Source: Bacteroidia bacterium
GTDB lineage: Bacteria; Bacteroidota; Bacteroidia; 2-12-FULL-35-15
Length of the DNA: 64,000 nt
Assembly (NCBI GenBank): GCA_030654175.1
Contig: JAURXZ010000024.1
Coordinates: 171,730 to 235,729, forward strand
Reading direction: 5' to 3'
This document shows, piece after piece, positions 16,570 to 26,811 of this stretch. The first letter of the stretch is position 1. Every line of letters begins with the position of its first letter. The notes beneath the pieces were generated by a model. The model had not been told where the DNA came from. It made no database searches and worked only from the letters and a program-made list of their open reading frames with translations. Made by a program: the position numbers and the translations under genes.

Positions 16570-17550
16570 ATGAACACCCCAACAAAAAAATCACGCCCTC
16601 TCTTTTGGTTCTACATCCTTGTAGGCTATGTGATATTGCAGTTTGTTTGGTGGAGCTACCTGATGGTGGATCATAACAATGAAATTTATTACCTGAAAAC
16701 AGAACTTAATTTATTGAAGGGCGAAACACTTGACGAGGTGGTTTTAAAAGGCAATGAGCTGAACGAAAAATTACACAAACGCTGGGTAATGATCTCCGGT
16801 GAAGGTGTTGTTTTTATGGGGGTTTTGTTATTAGGTATTTTTCAAATTCGCAAAACATTCAAGAGGGAGGCGGAACTTTCTCAACAACAGCAAAATTTTT
16901 TGTTATCCGTAACTCACGAATTAAAATCACCAATTGCATCCACCAAACTTCAATTACAAACACTTCAAAAACACGAGCTCAACCGCGAAAAACAAAAAGA
17001 GATCTTAGCCAATGCCATCAATGATACCGACCGTTTAAATAATTTAGTTGAAAACATGTTGTTGGCGGCAAAAATTGAAAACAGTGTTTATTTACTTCAT
17101 AAAGAAAACTATAATTTATCGGAATATATTACCGAAGGGATGAATCAAACCATTCAATCATTTCAATACCAACAAAAAGTAGAGTTGAGTATTGAGCCCA
17201 ATATTTACATGGATATAGACAGGACAAATTTCCCTTCCATCATTCTCAATCTCTTTGAAAATGCAGTAAAATATTCTCCTGAAGATTCTACTATTGTGGT
17301 AAGTTTAAAAAAACAAAATCAAAAAATAATTTTAAGTGTTGCAGATCAGGGAATCGGGATTTCGGATAAAGAAAAAGAGACAATTTTTCAACGATTTTAT
17401 CGGTCGGGCAATGAGGAAACCCGAAAAACAAAAGGAACAGGACTTGGCCTATATATTGTAGATTATTTAGTAAAACAACACAATGGAACAATAACCGTTA
17501 AAAATAATACACCGAAAGGAAGTGTTTTTGAGGTTGCGTTTTACGAATAA
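16570..17550 (+). CDS. Two-TM sensor histidine kinase (HisKA + HATPase_c)
   Basis: VTHELKSP, NLFENAVKYS, DQGIG, IFQRFYR, GTGLGL; ATG 16570 preferred. Confidence 0.93.
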   Translation: MNTPTKKSRPLFWFYILVGYVILQFVWWSYLMVDHNNEIYYLKTELNLLKGETLDEVVLKGNELNEKLHKRWVMISGEGVVFMGVLLLGIFQIRKTFKREAELSQQQQNFLLSVTHELKSPIASTKLQLQTLQKHELNREKQKEILANAINDTDRLNNLVENMLLAAKIENSVYLLHKENYNLSEYITEGMNQTIQSFQYQQKVELSIEPNIYMDIDRTNFPSIILNLFENAVKYSPEDSTIVVSLKKQNQKIILSVADQGIGISDKEKETIFQRFYRSGNEETRKTKGTGLGLYIVDYLVKQHNGTITVKNNTPKGSVFEVAFYE

Positions 17551-17812
17551 CGAATTTTGCCGAATAACGAATTTTGCATGGTATTTGAATTCGCGGTTTT
17601 CGTAAAATTAAAATACAAGTAAACCAACAATGCATTCAAAACAGACTGAGTAATTCTTTCCCTCCCACTTTCTCGACTCCGCTCGAAATGACAGCGCACA
17701 TGAGTCATTTCGAGCGGAGTCGAGAAAGTGTGGAGGCTTAATTTTGGGCTCAAATATTTACAACTGAACCAACTAAAACACAAATTCGTTATTCGTTTAA
17801 ATTCGTTATTCG
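17544..17812. repeat. Composite element: 2x17-bp tandem arms in inverted orientation enclosing a palindrome
   Basis: (cgaataacgaattttgc)x2 at 17544..17577; (aaattcgttattcg)x2 at 17782..17812. Confidence 0.85.
17666..17730. repeat. REP-like palindrome (GTCATTTCGAGC family), perfect 27-bp arms
   Basis: cactttctcgactccgctcgaaatgac / gtcatttcgagcggagtcgagaaagtg. Confidence 0.9.
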
Positions 17813-17820
17813 CAGATCCT

Positions 17821-19335
17821 ATGAAAAAAGTAGCATTAATAATTTTAGATGGTTGGGGGCTTGGTGATGGCTCAAAATCTGATGCCATAGCCAATTCAAA
17901 GACACCCTTTGTAAATAGTTTATATAAAAAATATCCTCATTCTACGTTACGTACATCGGGCGTACATGTTGGATTACCACAAGGGCAAATGGGTAATAGT
18001 GAAGTAGGGCATCTTAATATTGGCGCAGGAAGGGTGGTATATCAGGACCTGGAACTGATCAACAAAGCCATTCGTGAAAAAACAATTGACAACAATCCAA
18101 CTCTTGTAAAAGCCTTTGAATACGCCAAACAAAACAACAAAGCGGTTCACTTTATAGGATTGGTTTCAGAAGGTGGTGTACATTCATCACAAGCGCACCT
18201 GCATTATTTATGCGACATGGCAAAGGCGAATGATCTCCCTAATGTATTTATTCACGCCTTTACAGATGGTCGCGATACTGACCCGAAAAGCGGTTTAGAA
18301 TATTTAAAAAACTTAGAAGGTCATTTACAAAGCTCAAGTGGGAAAATCGCAAGCGTAATTGGCCGTTATTATGCAATGGATAGGGACAAACGCTGGGAAA
18401 GAGTTAAATTAGCCTATGACCTGCTAATAAAAGGCGAAGGTAAAAAAACGAGAAACTTTTTAAAAGAAATTGAAAACTCTTATTCTGAAAATGTTACTGA
18501 TGAATTTATTAAACCTATCGTAAATACAGATTCTTCAGGCAATCCGATTGGCACTATTAAAGAAAACGATGTGGTGATCTGTTTTAATTTCCGCACCGAT
18601 CGTTGCAGGGAGATCACAGAAGTACTCAGCCAAAAAAACATGCCTGAATTTGGTATGAACACCTTGCCATTGTATTATGTTACCATGACCAATTACGACA
18701 ATACATTTAAAAATGTACACATTGTTTTTGATAAAGATAACTTAGCCAATACACTTGGTGAAGTACTTGAAAAAGCAGAAAAAAAACAAATACGTATTGC
18801 CGAAACAGAAAAATATCCTCACGTTACTTTTTTCTTTTCCGGTGGCAGAGAAAAAGAATTTAATGGTGAAAAACGCATTATGGCGCCATCTCCAAAGGTT
18901 GCAACCTATGATCTAAAGCCTGAAATGAGTGCCATTGAATTAACAGATGCAATTATTCCCGAACTACAAAAAGGCGAAGCCGATTTTATATGTCTTAATT
19001 ATGCAAATGCAGATATGGTAGGCCATACCGGTGTTTACAGTGCAATAATAAAAGCAGTGGAAACAGTTGATAGCTGTTTGAAAAGAGTTGTAGAAACAGG
19101 CTTACAAAGTGGTTATTCATTCATCATCATTGCTGATCACGGTAACGCGGATTATGCAATTAACCCCGATGGTTCTCCAAACACAGCGCACAGCACTAAC
19201 CCCGTACCTTGTATTTTAATTGATACTGATCATAAGAAAATAAAGGATGGGAAGTTGGCTGACATAGCCCCAACAATTTTAACAATGATGGGCGTTCCTG
19301 TTCCAAAAGAAATGACAGGGGATGTTTTGGTATAA
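17821..19335 (+). CDS. gpmI: 2,3-bisphosphoglycerate-independent phosphoglycerate mutase
   Basis: LIILDGWG, GQMGNSEVGH, DGRDT, GRYYAMDRD, AETEKYPHVT, DMVGHTG, ADHGNA; ATG 17821. Confidence 0.97.
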   Translation: MKKVALIILDGWGLGDGSKSDAIANSKTPFVNSLYKKYPHSTLRTSGVHVGLPQGQMGNSEVGHLNIGAGRVVYQDLELINKAIREKTIDNNPTLVKAFEYAKQNNKAVHFIGLVSEGGVHSSQAHLHYLCDMAKANDLPNVFIHAFTDGRDTDPKSGLEYLKNLEGHLQSSSGKIASVIGRYYAMDRDKRWERVKLAYDLLIKGEGKKTRNFLKEIENSYSENVTDEFIKPIVNTDSSGNPIGTIKENDVVICFNFRTDRCREITEVLSQKNMPEFGMNTLPLYYVTMTNYDNTFKNVHIVFDKDNLANTLGEVLEKAEKKQIRIAETEKYPHVTFFFSGGREKEFNGEKRIMAPSPKVATYDLKPEMSAIELTDAIIPELQKGEADFICLNYANADMVGHTGVYSAIIKAVETVDSCLKRVVETGLQSGYSFIIIADHGNADYAINPDGSPNTAHSTNPVPCILIDTDHKKIKDGKLADIAPTILTMMGVPVPKEMTGDVLV

Positions 19336-19392
19336 TTGACAACAATTCAAAAAATTGAGAATATCTCCCAAACCACTAACATTTTTCTAAAA

Positions 19393-19468
19393 GCCATTCC
19401 GAACTTGCCCGCCCCTTGGCTATCGATGGTTCCGAATCTCATAGGATGCTGAAACATTTTCAGCATGG
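19393..19468. repeat. Degenerate REP-like element (CATTCCGAAC...ATGCTGAAA family)
   Basis: ccattccgaacttg...ccgaatctc...atgctgaaa-cat-tttcagcat hairpin. Confidence 0.55.
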
Positions 19469-19516
19469 TGTAGGATTTGACTTTATATAAGTAAATCGTC
19501 ATGGTAATCAGCCCCG

Positions 19517-19574
19517 CTTTCTCGACAAGCTCGAAATGACCACGCACGCAGTCATTTCGAGCTTGTCGAGAAAG
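19517..19574. repeat. REP-like palindrome (GTCATTTCGAGC family), perfect 24-bp arms
   Basis: ctttctcgacaagctcgaaatgac / gtcatttcgagcttgtcgagaaag. Confidence 0.9.
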
Positions 19575-19696
19575 GTGCGTTAGCTTATATAAGCAATAAT
19601 GTTATTCTTTAAATAAAATTTAAACAGGCTCGTAACATCTTAGTATAAATAACATCTTTATTTTTAATCGAATAAAATTTATACTTTTGGTTAACA

Positions 19697-20680
19697 ATGA
19701 AAAGGATACATGTTTTAACAACCATAGGGCTTATTTTTGTTTTCACGGGGATATTCCTGATGCCTTCTGAATCTCCATTATTAGCAACCATTTATGTGCT
19801 TGCGGGGTATCTTTTTTCAATCAAGGAGGTTTCAAAATACACATCCTGGTATCAGTTTTTAGTGGTTTTTTTCTCCGCTGCAATTTTAGGCCTCAGCCTT
19901 GAAAAAAATTTTCAGCATTTTCCTTTATTAACAGTAGCTACAGTTGTGGCAGCCGGAGGCTCTATACTTAGGATCGTTTTTTTTCGCGTATTCACTCACA
20001 CACGGTATGCGTGGTTTGAGCCGTTAATGTTTGCTTCGGCCATATTACTTTACCTCGGTGCAAATGTTTTTTTCTCTTATGGCTGGCAAGGCTGGACCTT
20101 TCCGTTGCTGGTAATTTTTTTTCAAGGTATACTTACTTTTGGTGTTTTAAAAGACAACAAACAGTTGCGGGGTTTTAACTTTGGAGGAGACAGGATTGCT
20201 ACCGGTAAAGAAGCCCCTTCCTTTGAATTGCCAGACCAGGAAGGTTGCCTTGTGAGCTTAATGGAATATGTGGGAAAAAGAAACCTGCTTTTGATCTTTG
20301 TTCGTGGCGACTGGTGCCCTGGATGCCACATGATGTTACGCACTTATGAGCGGGATCGAAAAAAATTCCAAACCAAAGATATATTAGTAATGGCCATAGG
20401 CCCCGATCCGGTGGGCGTTAACCGCGATATGGTATTAAAGCTTGACTTGGATTTTAAGGTACTTTCTGATGCAGGGCAGCGAACCGCCATGCAATATGGT
20501 GTGCAATTAGCGGAATATGAAAATGATTTTGCCGAAAAATATGAGGCCGGAATACCATTGCCCGCATCTTTTTTGATCGATAAAAAAGGTTTGGTACAAT
20601 ACGTATCAAGACCCGACCGGGTAGGGGAGTTCCTTGATCCAAGAACCATCTTTCCGATCATAGATAATTTAACGTATTAA
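19697..20680 (+). CDS. Multi-TM protein fused to AhpC/TSA (peroxiredoxin-like) domain
   Basis: About 6 hydrophobic segments, then GKEAPSFELPD, FVRGDWCPGC, FKVLSD, PLPASFLIDKKG. Confidence 0.85.
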   Translation: MKRIHVLTTIGLIFVFTGIFLMPSESPLLATIYVLAGYLFSIKEVSKYTSWYQFLVVFFSAAILGLSLEKNFQHFPLLTVATVVAAGGSILRIVFFRVFTHTRYAWFEPLMFASAILLYLGANVFFSYGWQGWTFPLLVIFFQGILTFGVLKDNKQLRGFNFGGDRIATGKEAPSFELPDQEGCLVSLMEYVGKRNLLLIFVRGDWCPGCHMMLRTYERDRKKFQTKDILVMAIGPDPVGVNRDMVLKLDLDFKVLSDAGQRTAMQYGVQLAEYENDFAEKYEAGIPLPASFLIDKKGLVQYVSRPDRVGEFLDPRTIFPIIDNLTY

Positions 20681-20697
20681 CAGAATAAGATAACAAC

Positions 20698-22026
20698 ATG
20701 CAATACGTAATATGGGTGATCCTCGGGAGTTCTATGCTGGTGGTGCTGGTTATTGCGCTATCGGTTTACCTGAAACAGGGTTTTACGGAAAGCAGGCTCG
20801 AAACAGTTGAAAAGGAAAAGGTCAACTACGAAAGTATAATAGAGCAAGCCAATGATGCAATGTTTGTTATAGACCTTGTGGATGGACGCGTTCATCAGTG
20901 CAACCCCAGTGCTGCCGCGATGCTTGGTTATACTAAAAAAGAACTTGAAAAGAAAACCTTGTTTGACCTGCAACCAAAGGAACTGCTTGAAAAAAGTTCA
21001 AGCACCGTTGCTGATGTTTGGGAAAAAAAGGGCTTGATCTATAAAGATATTCCATTTGTTTGTAAAACCGGTGAGCTGTTACCTGTTGAATGTAGCGCTA
21101 AGGTTGCACCCTTTGCCGGGCGCCCGGCCATCGTTATTTATGCACGTGATATTACTGAACGGTTGCGACTGGAAAAGGAGATACAGGAACAAAGAGAGAT
21201 CATTGAGGAAAAGAACAAAGACATTACCGACAGCATTGAATACTCCAAACGGATACAACGCTCCATATTCATTGATAAAGATAAACTGAAGGAATATGCT
21301 CCTGAATCATTCATTTTTTTTAAGCCAAAAGATATTGTAAGTGGAGATTTTTATTGGTTCACGCACGTAAACACCACCCGTGAAATTATCAGTCCGGATG
21401 GGGTTTTGGTTAAAGACCAGTTTTCTTTTTTGCTTGTGGCGGCAGTTGACTGCACCGGACACGGAGTTCCCGGAGCGTTTATGAGTATTATTGGCAATAC
21501 ATTGCTAAATCAGGCTATTAAAGATCCAACAGTTAATTCCCCTTCTGATGCACTCAACTATATCAATAAGGAACTTAAAAACATGCTGAATCAAAAAGCG
21601 GATGAAGCACAGATCCGCGATGGAATGGATATGGCATTGTGCGCTATTGATTTTAAAAGAATGACCCTGGATTTTGCAGGGGCAAATAACCCGCTTTACA
21701 TAATAAGAGGCGATGAATTAATTGAGTTAAAAGCAGATAAACAAGCCATTACCGCTTCATCTGATAGTAATGCACTTCCTTATACAAATAAAACATTTGA
21801 TTTGAAAAAAGATGATTGCATCTATCTTTTCACCGATGGATATGCCGATCAGTTTGGAGGCCTAAAGGGTAAAAAATTCATGTATAAAAAGTTTAAGGAA
21901 ACATTAGCCTCCTTGCAGCGAAAAACAATGGATGAGCAAAAGACGATGCTCTATACCACCTTTGAAGACTGGAAAGGAACGCTTGAACAGGTTGATGATG
22001 TGTTGGTTATAGGAGTGAAAGTGTAA
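20698..22026 (+). CDS. Membrane-anchored PAS + SpoIIE/RsbU-type PP2C phosphatase
   Basis: N-terminal TM; PAS/PAC (IIEQANDAMF..ARDITER); VSGDFYW, DCTGHGVPGA, DGMD, TDGYADQFGG, DDVLVIG. Confidence 0.92.
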   Translation: MQYVIWVILGSSMLVVLVIALSVYLKQGFTESRLETVEKEKVNYESIIEQANDAMFVIDLVDGRVHQCNPSAAAMLGYTKKELEKKTLFDLQPKELLEKSSSTVADVWEKKGLIYKDIPFVCKTGELLPVECSAKVAPFAGRPAIVIYARDITERLRLEKEIQEQREIIEEKNKDITDSIEYSKRIQRSIFIDKDKLKEYAPESFIFFKPKDIVSGDFYWFTHVNTTREIISPDGVLVKDQFSFLLVAAVDCTGHGVPGAFMSIIGNTLLNQAIKDPTVNSPSDALNYINKELKNMLNQKADEAQIRDGMDMALCAIDFKRMTLDFAGANNPLYIIRGDELIELKADKQAITASSDSNALPYTNKTFDLKKDDCIYLFTDGYADQFGGLKGKKFMYKKFKETLASLQRKTMDEQKTMLYTTFEDWKGTLEQVDDVLVIGVKV

Positions 22027-22070
22027 AGCAAAAGTGTGATGGAAAAATTTTTTTAAGTATAAAAATTATA

Positions 22071-22550
22071 ATGCCCATAATCCACCTTACAACTAGTATA
22101 AATGCACCTATCGAACGGTGTTTTGATCTTTCAAGAAGCATTGATCTGCACATGGCATCAACCTCCAAACCAAATGAAAGAGCAATTGCAGGGGTAACAA
22201 AAGGCCTGATAAATAAAGGAGAACAAGTAACCTGGCTCGCCAAACATTTTGGAATAGATCAAAAGCTAACAGCACAAATTACAGAAATGGATTTCCCGCA
22301 TTCATTTACTGATGTTCAACTAAAAGGTGCTTTTAAAAGTATGACACATGTACATTCGTTCGAACAGAAAGGTGAACAAACTATTATGAAAGATCAGTTT
22401 GAATTCGAATCACCATTGGGTTTTGTTGGAGAATTATTTAATAAATTAATTTTAAGCGCTTACATGAAACGTTTTTTAATTGAACGCAATGAGGTTATTA
22501 AAACAATTTCGGAATCGGACGAATGGAAAAAATATCTGGCCAAAAATTAG
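22071..22550 (+). CDS. SRPBCC superfamily protein
   Basis: INAPIERCFDLSRSIDLH, VTWLAKHFG, FTDVQLKGAF..H.H.F, SPLG. Confidence 0.85.
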   Translation: MPIIHLTTSINAPIERCFDLSRSIDLHMASTSKPNERAIAGVTKGLINKGEQVTWLAKHFGIDQKLTAQITEMDFPHSFTDVQLKGAFKSMTHVHSFEQKGEQTIMKDQFEFESPLGFVGELFNKLILSAYMKRFLIERNEVIKTISESDEWKKYLAKN

Positions 22551-22614
22551 TTTTATATCTCATCTGCTTTCTCATAAATAGATATCTGTCAATAGATCGG
22601 TATTAAACTTAGGA

Positions 22615-22695
22615 CGTCATTGCGAAGGAGGTACGACTGAAGCAATCTCAAACAAATAATTTGAGATTGCTTCAGGTAAAAACCCACACAATGAA
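22615..22695. repeat. REP-like element (GTCATTGCGA..GAAGCAATCTC family)
   Basis: Perfect inner IR ctgaagcaatctcaaa / tttgagattgcttcag inside gtcattgcga...caatga. Confidence 0.75.
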
Positions 22696-22969
22696 GCTTC
22701 ATATAATAGTGTTTTATTAAACATATGATAAAGGATCGTAATTTTAAAATTACTGAATCTGAGGCTAATATTTAAAAGTAATTTGATTGTAAATTACTTT
22801 ACTGACAACCTTTAATTAAGTTGCATCCCAAGTTTTTAACGTTTCAAAATACCTCTACAAGTTCTGAATTATATATCTTTTATGCGCTCTTTACAAATTT
22901 TTCTATTGTTTGCAGAATTCGTTCACAAAGTGTAATTTAACGCTCTGTGAAAAATTCCATCAATAAGAA

Positions 22970-24781
22970 ATGGCAAAAGAAATTTTACTGGAAATAAAGA
23001 ATTTAGTAACGGAGTTCAGAACTGAAGAAGAATCGGTGAAGGCTCTTGATGATATATCGTTTTCGCTTTCCTGTGGTGAAACTATTGGTATTGTTGGCGA
23101 ATCGGGCTCAGGAAAATCTGTTACGGCATTGTCCATAATGCGATTAATACCCAACCCTCCCGGTAAAATTACAGGCGGTGAGATCCTATACCACTCAAAA
23201 ACCAGCGGCACCAAAAACATTGTAAAAATTTCTGAAAAAGAAATGCGCGCATTGCGTGGCAAAGAAATTGCAATGATCTTTCAGGAACCCATGACATCTC
23301 TAAATCCTGTTTATACCTGCGGCAACCAGGTAATGGAGGCCGTTTTGTTGCATCAAAAAGTTTCAAAAAAAGAAGCGAAAGAAATTACGATCAATTTATT
23401 TAATGAAGTTCAGCTTCCACGCCCTTCAATTATTTTTGATAGTTACCCTCATCAGCTGTCGGGTGGCCAAAAGCAGCGTGTAATGATTGCGATGGCCATG
23501 AGCGGCCAGCCAAGCATTTTAATTGCCGATGAACCTACAACAGCGTTGGATGTTACCGTTCAGGCAACTATTCTTGATCTGATGCTTAAACTTCAGCGCG
23601 AGCGTGATATGGGCATCCTCTTTATCACTCACGACTTGGGAGTTATTGCGGAGCTTGCCGATAAAGTGGTAGTAATGTATAAAGGGAAAATAGTTGAGCA
23701 GGGACCTGTATTGGATATTTTTTCAAACCCTCAGCATCCTTATACAAAAAGTCTTTTAGCGTGCCGCCCACCTCTGGATAAGCGCCTGAGCTGGCTTCCT
23801 ACTGTTGCTCATTTTATGAAAACAGAAGCGAAGGGAGAACGACCGGAAAGTTATCAATCGGTAAGTGAAGTAACCGATAAGCTTATTGTAAGTAAAGAGG
23901 AACGGGCGAATGCGCATAAACTGTTATATAGCAAAGAACCCATTCTTCTGGTTAAAAATTTAAAAACATACTTTCCTATTAAAAAGGGAATACTTGGCAA
24001 AGTAACGGAATTTGTACGCGCTGTGGACGATGTGAGTTTTGATGTTTACCCTGGCGAAACACTAGGTTTGGTTGGTGAATCGGGCTGCGGCAAAACAACA
24101 TTAGGAAGAACTATTTTACGTTTGATCGCACCTACACAAGGTGAAATAATTTTCAACGGAAAAAGTGTAACACAACTTTCTGATAAAGAGATGAGGGCTT
24201 TACGCAGGGATATTCAACTTATTTTTCAGGACCCTTATTCTTCCCTTAATCCCAGAATAACTGTCGGGCAAGCCATTATGGAACCCATGCAGGTTCACGG
24301 TATATTAGAGGATGACAAAGCCCGCAAAAATAAAGTTATAGAGATTTTGGAACGTGTAAACATGAATGAGTCGCATTTTTACCGATACCCCCATGAGTTT
24401 TCCGGTGGCCAGCGTCAACGTATATGTATTGCAAGAGCTTTGGCATTGCGGCCTAAATTTATTATCTGTGATGAACCCGTTTCTGCACTTGACGTATCTG
24501 TTCAGGCGCAGGTATTAAACCTGTTAAATGAATTAAAACGCGAATTTGATTTTACTTACATTTTTATTTCTCACGATCTGTCAGTTGTGAAATTTATGAG
24601 TGATCGTATGGTGGTTATGAACAGAGGGAAAATAGAGGAAATGGGTGATGCGGATGATATTTACAATAACCCTCAAACGGCATACACGCAAAAATTGATC
24701 AGCGCAATTCCAAAAGGGCAACTGGAAGACATCAAAGCCGCCATTGAAAAGAAAAAGAATCAGACACATAAAACCGCTTGA
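22970..24781 (+). CDS. Double-domain peptide-type ABC transporter ATP-binding protein
   Basis: Two cassettes: [19 protein letters not shown] and [19 protein letters not shown]; no adjacent permease. Confidence 0.95.
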   Translation: MAKEILLEIKNLVTEFRTEEESVKALDDISFSLSCGETIGIVGESGSGKSVTALSIMRLIPNPPGKITGGEILYHSKTSGTKNIVKISEKEMRALRGKEIAMIFQEPMTSLNPVYTCGNQVMEAVLLHQKVSKKEAKEITINLFNEVQLPRPSIIFDSYPHQLSGGQKQRVMIAMAMSGQPSILIADEPTTALDVTVQATILDLMLKLQRERDMGILFITHDLGVIAELADKVVVMYKGKIVEQGPVLDIFSNPQHPYTKSLLACRPPLDKRLSWLPTVAHFMKTEAKGERPESYQSVSEVTDKLIVSKEERANAHKLLYSKEPILLVKNLKTYFPIKKGILGKVTEFVRAVDDVSFDVYPGETLGLVGESGCGKTTLGRTILRLIAPTQGEIIFNGKSVTQLSDKEMRALRRDIQLIFQDPYSSLNPRITVGQAIMEPMQVHGILEDDKARKNKVIEILERVNMNESHFYRYPHEFSGGQRQRICIARALALRPKFIICDEPVSALDVSVQAQVLNLLNELKREFDFTYIFISHDLSVVKFMSDRMVVMNRGKIEEMGDADDIYNNPQTAYTQKLISAIPKGQLEDIKAAIEKKKNQTHKTA

Positions 24782-24809
24782 TAAAAAGATCTTTAATCTA
24801 GCGGCATTT

Positions 24810-24902
24810 TGCGTTAGGGATTGAAGCGTAAATCCTTTTCCGTTTAGAAAAGATTGAAGCGAAAAGCCTGCCCTTTCTTTTTCAGAAAGGTAACGCCCTA
24901 AA
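24810..24902 (-). repeat. Flavo-1-like repeat, copy 2
   Basis: Reverse-complement homolog of 10122..10216. Confidence 0.7.
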
Positions 24903-24975
24903 AAAACTGAAGCTAAAAATTATACTTTAATAGTTAATACCGCATCATCAGTAATAAAAAAAATTACCACGGTAA

Positions 24976-26802
24976 ATGACAAAATTGTTCCACAAGCTTT
25001 CTTTAGTTGCACTTATATGTAGTTGCTTGTTTATTGGCGTATACCGAATTAACACGGTAGACAAAAAAGAAATCTCCTGGGATATTTTAGGATATTACAT
25101 GTGCCTTCCCGCTACTTTTATTCACCACGACCCTATGCTGAAGGACATTACCTGGCTTAAGGAGGTCAACCAAAAGAATGATCTTACCGGTACACTTTAC
25201 CAAATATCAAGCAATGACAAAGGTGAGCCTATGTATGTTTTCTTGTTTGGAATGGCATTGTTTTTTCTTCCCTTTTTCTTTCTTGGCCATGGTATTGCAG
25301 GCGCATCGGGTTATGCAATGGACGGATTCAGTCTCCCCTACCAATATGCGATGGTTATTGGCGGCATCATTTACACTATTATAGGACTTATCTATTTAAG
25401 AAAAGTGTTGCGCCACTTTTTCTCTGAAGGCGTTTCTTCTTTGGTGATGATCCTTGTTGTTTTCGGCACCAATTACATTCATCACCTCACGCTTAAAAAT
25501 TTAGAAACGGTTAACGTTTTATTTATGCTGGTGTGTATCATTGTTTGGAACACTATCCAATGGCATAAAAATTTTAAAGCAAAACATCTGTTTACAATTG
25601 GCATTAGCATTACGCTGATGGTGCTGATAAAACCAAGCGAAGCCTTTATAATCATTTTACCATTAATGTGGAATGTTTTTTCTTTCGATAGTTTTAAACA
25701 GAAAATAGCGTTGCTGTTTTCAAATAAAAAAAATTTGTTCCTCACTGCCGCAGCATGCCTTCTTCTGGTGTTCCCGCAACTATGGTACTGGCACACAAAA
25801 ACAGGACATTATATTTACGACAGTTATATAAATCCTGGCGTTGGGCTCGATCTTTTTTCACCACATATACTTGATGTTTTATTCAGTTACCGCAAGGGCT
25901 GGTTTGTTTATACCCCGGTAATGATATTTTCTATTGTTGGTTTTTATTTTCTTTATAAAAACAACAAACACATTTTCTATGCTATTTTGTTTTATTTTTT
26001 AATATCGTTTTACATTATTTGCAGTTGGACCTACTGGTATTATGGAGCCGCCTTTTCGTGTCGCCCGGTTATTACAAGCTACCCCCTGCTTGCTATTTGT
26101 TTGGGCTACTTTTTATTGTTCATCCAAAAACAAAGCACATTCATTAAAAGCGCATTTGCTTTAGTACTGGTGTTTTTTATTTTCTTAAACCAGTTTCAGT
26201 GGTGGCAGTTAAAAAATTATATTCTTGATCCTTACCGGACCACCAAAGATTATTATTGGGCAACATTTTTGAAAACATCTGTTGATGAAAACGATCGCAA
26301 CTTACTTTCAGTAAACCGGGATTTTACCGGCCGGCAAAAGTTTGAAAATAAAACAAAATACAGATCCTTTTTATTAAAACAGGACACGTTTGATGCAACC
26401 ACAAGTCAGAATATTCAAACGGATTCTGTTGGTAACGTCTATTATAAAGCATTACCTGATGAGGAATTTTGTATCACTAATCAATATCTATTTAAAGAGC
26501 TGACCGAAAAAGATCATGTTTGGATAAAGGTGAGTATGGACATTCGCTTTCAACCCGACTTTCAGGGACCGCTGCCTTGTATGGCAATGACAATGGAGCA
26601 CAAGGGAGGTTCGTATGGGTATTTTGCTCCCGAAATCGCAATTGATTCTACAAAAAAAGGATGGCACAGATACGAATTAGAATACCTTACTCCTGAAATA
26701 AGGAATACAAAAGATGTTTGGAAATGTTATATCTGGAAAAGAGGCAAAGGCACTTTTGATATTGACAATTTTAAGATTGAAATATATGAACCCAACTATT
26801 AA
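24976..26802 (+). CDS. GT-C-fold membrane glycosyltransferase-like protein with C-terminal soluble domain
   Basis: WDILGYY after TM1, many TMs, LFSYRKGWFVYTP, WYYGAAFSCR. Confidence 0.7.
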   Translation: MTKLFHKLSLVALICSCLFIGVYRINTVDKKEISWDILGYYMCLPATFIHHDPMLKDITWLKEVNQKNDLTGTLYQISSNDKGEPMYVFLFGMALFFLPFFFLGHGIAGASGYAMDGFSLPYQYAMVIGGIIYTIIGLIYLRKVLRHFFSEGVSSLVMILVVFGTNYIHHLTLKNLETVNVLFMLVCIIVWNTIQWHKNFKAKHLFTIGISITLMVLIKPSEAFIIILPLMWNVFSFDSFKQKIALLFSNKKNLFLTAAACLLLVFPQLWYWHTKTGHYIYDSYINPGVGLDLFSPHILDVLFSYRKGWFVYTPVMIFSIVGFYFLYKNNKHIFYAILFYFLISFYIICSWTYWYYGAAFSCRPVITSYPLLAICLGYFLLFIQKQSTFIKSAFALVLVFFIFLNQFQWWQLKNYILDPYRTTKDYYWATFLKTSVDENDRNLLSVNRDFTGRQKFENKTKYRSFLLKQDTFDATTSQNIQTDSVGNVYYKALPDEEFCITNQYLFKELTEKDHVWIKVSMDIRFQPDFQGPLPCMAMTMEHKGGSYGYFAPEIAIDSTKKGWHRYELEYLTPEIRNTKDVWKCYIWKRGKGTFDIDNFKIEIYEPNY

Positions 26803-26811
26803 CTTTGTTAA

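Noticed and set aside
17544-17812. CRISPR mini-array
   Set aside because: Units are adjacent 17-bp tandems in inverted arms with no spacers; no cas genes
17728-17820. N-terminal extensions of gpmI and similar upstream starts (16507, 35942, 49610, 51913)
   Set aside because: They run through repeats or promoter DNA; downstream ATGs match the family N-termini
19390-19547. Small ORFs 19347..19547 and 34916..35119
   Set aside because: They are translations of repeat elements
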